64,000 nucleotides of DNA from positions 14,908 to 78,907 of the forward strand of contig JACQCT010000037.1 in the NCBI GenBank assembly GCA_016201435.1. The letters are read 5' to 3'. The translations under genes were made by a program, and so were the position numbers. Shown here one piece after another: positions 58,531-64,000 of the stretch; position 1 is the stretch's first letter, and the number at the start of each line of letters is the position of its first letter. The notes under the pieces are model-generated. The model had not been told where the DNA came from, did not search any database, and was given only the letters and a program-made list of their open reading frames with translations. Origin of the DNA: Nitrososphaerota archaeon. Lineage in GTDB: Archaea > Thermoproteota > Nitrososphaeria > Nitrososphaerales > Nitrosopumilaceae.

Positions 58531-59163
58531 ATGCAACTACTAGGCAGGCTTGAGATCAAATCAAGAGAAAGATTGATCGAATTTCTAAACCAGCAGGAAA
58601 CTGGGAGAATCTGCAGCATTGACAAAGATGGCTATCCACAGATAATCCCAATGAATTTTGTTTTTGTCAATGATGTGGTATACATGCATTCTCACACTAA
58701 AGGGGAGAAACTTGAAAATATCAAACAAAACAGCAAGGTGGGTTTTGAAGTAGACCAAAGCCTAGAGTTTCTTCCATCATATTTTACACATCCCACAGAC
58801 GCCTCACAGGCAGACACACTTTACATCAGTGTGGTAATCAAGGGAACCGGGATAATAGTCAATGACAGAAAAGAAAAGACCTTGGCCCTTAATTCCTTGA
58901 TGAAAAAATACCAGCCAGAGGGAGGCTATGAGAGTATTAGCCCAGAGATGCAAGTAGTAGACGAGGTTGCAATAATCAAGGTAGTTCCAACAACAATGCA
59001 TGGAAAATACAAGGTAGGGCAACACCTTGAAAAAAAATCTCGTCTAGAATTGGCCAAAAAGTTATTGGAAAGAAACACGCCTAGTACACAAAACACACTC
59101 AAACTAATGGGCATTTCACAGACAAAAGACGGTCTTGTTATTTCAGAAGACCCCTCTTGGTAG
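58531..59163 (+). CDS. Pyridoxamine-5'-phosphate oxidase-like flavin-binding split-barrel protein
   Basis: GRIC..D..GYP.I.P.NFV, HS...G.K..NI..N.KV.FEVD, Y.SV...G. Confidence 0.88.
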   Translation: MQLLGRLEIKSRERLIEFLNQQETGRICSIDKDGYPQIIPMNFVFVNDVVYMHSHTKGEKLENIKQNSKVGFEVDQSLEFLPSYFTHPTDASQADTLYISVVIKGTGIIVNDRKEKTLALNSLMKKYQPEGGYESISPEMQVVDEVAIIKVVPTTMHGKYKVGQHLEKKSRLELAKKLLERNTPSTQNTLKLMGISQTKDGLVISEDPSW

Positions 59164-59211
59164 TAATACTGAAAGTACCATTGCTTTAAATTTCGTTTTT
59201 GTTGATTTGTT

Positions 59212-61152
59212 ATGTTGTTAGAAAATCCAAGTTTTGAGTTAGCATCAGAATTCCAGCCCACAGGAGACCAGCCTCAAGCAATAGAACAGCTAGTAGAAGG
59301 CGTACGAAGGAAAAAAATTCAAACATTAATTGGTGTGACAGGAAGCGGCAAGACATTTACTGTTGCAAATGTCATTCAAAGAACAGGCAAAAACACTCTA
59401 GTAATATCACACAACAAAACTCTTGCAGCTCAGCTTTATTCAGAACTAAAGCAATTTTTCCCAAAAAACAATGTTGGGTACTTTGTTAGTTACTATGATT
59501 ATTATCAGCCAGAAAGTTACTTGCCACAAACAGACACTTACATAGAAAAAGACACTCAGATTAATGAAAAAATTGAAAAGATGCGTCTTGAAGCAACTGC
59601 GATGCTTCTATCAGGTGAACCTACAATTATTGTTGCTACAGTATCATGCATCTACTCTTTGGGCTCACCTAAAGAGTGGGAGTCAATGTCAATTATTGTT
59701 GAAAAGGGAAAAGAAACGGGTAGATCTTCTCTCATAAAACAGCTAGTCAATGCAAGATATGAGAGGAACGATACCGAGCTTGCCTCAGGGAGATTTAGAA
59801 TTAAAGGCGACACACTAGACATCATTCCTGCATACTCTGATGATGTGATACGAATTTCAATGTTTGGAGACAAGATAGAAAAAATATCTGTCTGTGATCC
59901 TATTTCACTAAAAGAGAAAAAAAGCATTTCACAAATCAAAATATTTCCTGCAAAACACTATCTTGTTGCAAATGATGTTAGAAAAGTTGCAGTAGAATCA
60001 ATAAAAACAGAACTCAAACAAAGAATGCCTGAGCTTAGAGAACTTGAAAGACAGCGATTGGAAATGCGAACAAAATATGATTTAGAAATGATAGAAGAGC
60101 TAGGATACTGTTCTGGAATTGAAAACTATTCAAGACATTTTGATGGAAGAAATCCTGGAGAGCCAGCATTTTGTTTGCTTGACTTTTTTGGAGATGACTT
60201 TTTACTTGTAATAGATGAATCGCATGTTACAATTCCACAGCTACACGGAATGTATCAGGGAGACCACACTCGCAAAAAATCTCTCATAGATTACGGGTTT
60301 AGGCTCCCAAGTGCTTTTGATAACAGACCATTAAGGTTTGAAGAATTTGAAAAATATATCAAAAATACCATTTTTGTTTCTGCCACACCAAGCGAGTATG
60401 AACGGACAAAAAGTTTTCAAATAGTAGAACAGCTCATACGCCCAACTGGTCTTGTAGACCCGCAAGTAGAGATAAGAAAGACTGAAAACCAGATGGACGA
60501 TCTAGTAATAGAAATTAAAAAAAGAATCGAAAAAGACCAGCGCATTCTTGTTACCACTTTGACAAAACGCATGGCAGAAGATCTTGCAGAATATCTCTCA
60601 AAAAAACAAGTCAAAGTCAGATACTTGCATTCTGAGATTGAAAACCTACAGCGAACAGAGATAATCAGGCAGTTGCGTCTTGGCGAGTTTGACGTGCTAG
60701 TTGGCATTAATCTACTAAGAGAGGGAATTGACATACCCGAAGTGTCACTTGTTGCTATCCTAGATGCTGACAAGGAGGGATTTCTTAGAAACATAACCAG
60801 TTTGATTCAGACTTTTGGAAGAGCGGCAAGAAACGTTGATGGCAGTGTGATAATGTATGCAGATAATACAACACAATCTATGAAAAATGCAATACTAGAA
60901 ACTGAACGCAGAAGAAACAGACAGATTGAATACAACAAAAAGATGGGCATAAAACCAACCACAATAGTAAAAGCAATTCCAGAACAAACAGCAAAATTGG
61001 AAGAGTTAAAACACATGTCAAGGCACGACTTGAAAAAATATGCGATTGAAGTAGAAGCTACAATGAAAAGATTTGCAGAGGAGCTAGACTTTGAAAATGC
61101 AATAGAATATCGTGAGAAATTAGCAAAAATTCAAAAAGAGTTGGTAACATGA
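59212..61152 (+). CDS. uvrB: Excinuclease ABC subunit B
   Basis: PTGDQP, GVTGSGKT, FVSYYDYYQPE, DESH, GINLLREG, GRAARN. Confidence 0.98.
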   Translation: MLLENPSFELASEFQPTGDQPQAIEQLVEGVRRKKIQTLIGVTGSGKTFTVANVIQRTGKNTLVISHNKTLAAQLYSELKQFFPKNNVGYFVSYYDYYQPESYLPQTDTYIEKDTQINEKIEKMRLEATAMLLSGEPTIIVATVSCIYSLGSPKEWESMSIIVEKGKETGRSSLIKQLVNARYERNDTELASGRFRIKGDTLDIIPAYSDDVIRISMFGDKIEKISVCDPISLKEKKSISQIKIFPAKHYLVANDVRKVAVESIKTELKQRMPELRELERQRLEMRTKYDLEMIEELGYCSGIENYSRHFDGRNPGEPAFCLLDFFGDDFLLVIDESHVTIPQLHGMYQGDHTRKKSLIDYGFRLPSAFDNRPLRFEEFEKYIKNTIFVSATPSEYERTKSFQIVEQLIRPTGLVDPQVEIRKTENQMDDLVIEIKKRIEKDQRILVTTLTKRMAEDLAEYLSKKQVKVRYLHSEIENLQRTEIIRQLRLGEFDVLVGINLLREGIDIPEVSLVAILDADKEGFLRNITSLIQTFGRAARNVDGSVIMYADNTTQSMKNAILETERRRNRQIEYNKKMGIKPTTIVKAIPEQTAKLEELKHMSRHDLKKYAIEVEATMKRFAEELDFENAIEYREKLAKIQKELVT

Positions 61153-63968
61153 ATGACAGATTAATAATTCGTGGTGCAAGGGAGCACAATTTAAAAAACA
61201 TCAATTTGGATATTCCAAAAAATAAACTAGTTACAATTACTGGTCTTTCTGGTTCTGGCAAGTCTACTTTGGCATTTGATACCATTTATGCAGAAGGACA
61301 ACGAAGATACGTTGAATCACTTTCTGCGTATGCAAGGCAATTTTTGGAGATGATGAATAAACCGGATTTGGATTCCATAGAGGGACTATCTCCAGCAATA
61401 TCAATCCAGCAAAAGACTACAAGTAAAAATCCAAGATCAACTGTTGGTACCATAACAGAAATCTATGATTATTTACGATTACTTTATGCTAGAATAGGAA
61501 TACCTCATTGTACAAAATGTGGTAGAAAGATATCAAACCAATCTGCAGAATCAATCTGTGAATCAGTTCTTAAAGAATCAGATGGAAAAAATATCTTAAT
61601 TTTGGCGCCATTGATTAGAAGAAAAAAAGGGACATACGAGAAATTATTTGAGCAGGTCAAAAAAACTGGCTATTCTAGAGTCAGAGTAGACAATGACATC
61701 ATAGAACTAAATGGTGAAATCCCAATCCTTGACAAACAAAAATGGCACAACATTGAGATTGTAGTGGACAGGGTAAAAGCATCAAAGGAAGAAAAAAGCA
61801 GACTGTACGAGTCTGTACAAAACGCACTAAAAGCTGGCAAGGGCTCTGTGTTAATTTCTGGTACTGATGAAAGAATATTTTCCCAAAACAATGCTTGCTC
61901 GTATTGCGGAATAACAATTGGTGAGCTTGAACCGAGATCATTTTCGTTTAATTCTCCATTTGGAGCTTGCAAGACATGTCATGGATTAGGAGTAAAGATG
62001 GAGTTTGATCCTGACTTGCTCATTCCTGATAAAACAAAATCCATACTTGATGGAGCAATAGTTCCATGGTCAGGTAGATTTTCTTCATTTAGAAGACAAA
62101 CACTAAGAGATGTTGGTAAAAAATTTGGCTTTGATTTGATGACCCCAATAAACAAGATGAGTCCAAAACAACTACAAGTCATTTTGTATGGCACAGATGA
62201 AACAGTACGATTTTCATATGAATCCCAGACAACTGATTCTAAATGGCAATACACCAATACATTTAGTGGAGTCATCCCAAATCTGAATAAAAATTTTGTA
62301 GAGACTGATTCTGAATCCAAAAGAGAAGATCTTCGAAAATTCATGCGTGAGACGCCTTGTAATTCCTGCAATGGTAGAAGGCTAACAGGAGAAGTATTGG
62401 CTGTGAGGATAAATGAAAAATCAATAATGGATGTGTGTGATTTCTCCATTGATGCTTGTTATGATTTTTTTCAGAATCTCAAACTAACAGAAACTGAAAA
62501 ATACATTGCAAAATCTGTACTAAAAGAAGTTCTTTCAAGATTAGAATTTTTAAAAAATGTTGGGCTAAATTATCTAAGCCTAAACAGAGTCAGTGCTACT
62601 TTGTCTGGTGGAGAATCGCAGAGAATAAGACTTGCAACTCAGATTGGTTCCAATCTTACTGGGGTGCTATATGTTCTTGATGAGCCAACAATAGGACTTC
62701 ATCAAAAAGACAATGCCAAATTAATAAAGACACTAACAAAGCTGCGTGATCTTGGCAACACCATTTTGGTAGTAGAGCATGACGAAGAAGTGATGCGAAA
62801 CTCTGACTGGATAATAGACTTGGGACCAGGAGCCGGAGTTCATGGAGGCAGTGTAGTTTTTGAAGGAACAATAAAAGAAATGCTGAACAATCACAAGTCA
62901 GTAACAGGTGAATATCTTAAAAATCATAATACAATCAAACTTGTCAAAAAAACTCGCAATCAAAAGGGCAAGATAATAGTAAAAGGTGCGGCAGAAAATA
63001 ATCTAAAACACATTGATGTTGAATTTCCACTAGGATTTATGATTGCAGTAACTGGCGTATCTGGTTCTGGCAAATCCACTTTGGTCAATGACATTTTATA
63101 CAATGCACTTTCTGCACACTTTGGCATAATAGCAGATAGACCAGGCAAACACAAACAGGTGCTTGGAGTAGAACATGCAGACAAGGTAATTGGAATTGAT
63201 CAATCCCCAATTGGCAGGACTCCTCGTTCCAATCCTGCAACCTACATTGGCGCGTTTACCCCAATACGAGAACTATACTCTAACACGGAAATGTCAAAGG
63301 AACGAGGCTATACTCCAGGCCAATTCTCATTTAACGTGCCTGATGGAAGGTGTTTTGCCTGTGAGGGAGACGGTGTTAAAAAAATCGAGATGCAGTTTTT
63401 GTCAGATGTGTATGTGATTTGTGATGAATGTAAGGGAAAAAGATACAACTCTGAGACATTGTCAGTTTTGTATAAAGGCAAAAACATTTCTGACATTTTA
63501 TCCATGACTGTAGAGGAAGCTTTGGAATTTTTTATAAACATACCAGCAATCAAACGAAAACTGCAAACAGTAGCAGATGTTGGACTGGGATACATCAAGC
63601 TTGGCCAAGCCGCAACAACTCTTTCTGGAGGAGAAGCTCAAAGAGTAAAGCTTGCAGCAGAACTTTCAAAAAGAGACACTGGCAAGACAGTATACATTTT
63701 AGATGAACCTACTACAGGATTACATTTTGCCGATGTACAAAAATTACTTGATGTCTTGAACAGACTGGTGAATCTTGGCAATACTGTAATCATAATAGAG
63801 CACAACATGGATGTGATAAAAAACTCTGACTGGATAATTGATCTTGGTCCAGAAGGAGGCGACAAGGGAGGAACATTAATTGCACATGGCACACCAGAAC
63901 AAGTAGCACACAATCCACATAGCTACACCGGGCAATATTTGAGCAGAGTTCTAAGACATGACGTTTGA
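61149..63968 (+). CDS. uvrA: Excinuclease ABC subunit A
   Basis: GAREHNLKN, two Walker A motifs (GSGKS), two LSGGE, Zn fingers. Confidence 0.98.
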   Translation: MNDRLIIRGAREHNLKNINLDIPKNKLVTITGLSGSGKSTLAFDTIYAEGQRRYVESLSAYARQFLEMMNKPDLDSIEGLSPAISIQQKTTSKNPRSTVGTITEIYDYLRLLYARIGIPHCTKCGRKISNQSAESICESVLKESDGKNILILAPLIRRKKGTYEKLFEQVKKTGYSRVRVDNDIIELNGEIPILDKQKWHNIEIVVDRVKASKEEKSRLYESVQNALKAGKGSVLISGTDERIFSQNNACSYCGITIGELEPRSFSFNSPFGACKTCHGLGVKMEFDPDLLIPDKTKSILDGAIVPWSGRFSSFRRQTLRDVGKKFGFDLMTPINKMSPKQLQVILYGTDETVRFSYESQTTDSKWQYTNTFSGVIPNLNKNFVETDSESKREDLRKFMRETPCNSCNGRRLTGEVLAVRINEKSIMDVCDFSIDACYDFFQNLKLTETEKYIAKSVLKEVLSRLEFLKNVGLNYLSLNRVSATLSGGESQRIRLATQIGSNLTGVLYVLDEPTIGLHQKDNAKLIKTLTKLRDLGNTILVVEHDEEVMRNSDWIIDLGPGAGVHGGSVVFEGTIKEMLNNHKSVTGEYLKNHNTIKLVKKTRNQKGKIIVKGAAENNLKHIDVEFPLGFMIAVTGVSGSGKSTLVNDILYNALSAHFGIIADRPGKHKQVLGVEHADKVIGIDQSPIGRTPRSNPATYIGAFTPIRELYSNTEMSKERGYTPGQFSFNVPDGRCFACEGDGVKKIEMQFLSDVYVICDECKGKRYNSETLSVLYKGKNISDILSMTVEEALEFFINIPAIKRKLQTVADVGLGYIKLGQAATTLSGGEAQRVKLAAELSKRDTGKTVYILDEPTTGLHFADVQKLLDVLNRLVNLGNTVIIIEHNMDVIKNSDWIIDLGPEGGDKGGTLIAHGTPEQVAHNPHSYTGQYLSRVLRHDV

Positions 63969-64000
63969 TATTTCCAAGATAACAATTCCTTCCCAGTCCG
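63958..64000 (+). CDS. uvrC: Probable start of excinuclease ABC subunit C (partial)
   Basis: ATG overlapping the uvrA end, MTFDISKITIPSQS...; identity inferred from uvrBAC order. Confidence 0.55.
   Translation, partial: MTFDISKITIPSQS

Overview
AT-rich archaeal chromosome segment from an ammonia-oxidising archaeon (Nitrososphaerota/Thaumarchaeota, probably Nitrosotalea-like). The assignment is inferred from archaeal r-proteins, a CdvB paralog, a Nitrosopumilus-type S-layer homolog, a 3HP/4HB-cycle reductase and bacterial-type uvrBAC. Core blocks: purE; bioD/bioA/bioB/bioF with a BirA-type operator; a ccdA + DipZ-like redox pair; tRNA-Asn; the S10/spc-like r-protein operon (rpl3 to rpl6, no rpl2); proteasome alpha; purC/F/L/Q/S; tRNA-Thr; citrate synthase; glycerate kinase; malonic-semialdehyde reductase + LLM oxidoreductase; uvrB-uvrA-(uvrC). 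Most interesting unexplained signals: (1) a 34-bp palindrome in three copies, two of which bracket as inverted repeats a 3.6-kb cdvB/microprotein segment next to tRNA-Asn; (2) a secreted G1/thermopsin-like peptidase candidate with a TIMP-like partner, behind a phased 21-bp repeat array and two wHTH regulators; (3) a TrmB-type sensor + UbiA prenyltransferase + methyltransferase + hydrolase cluster; (4) an arcadin-1-like gene; (5) several microproteins missed by the ORF track. No CRISPR, transposase or integrase was seen. All family calls come from motif recognition by eye; no searches were run.
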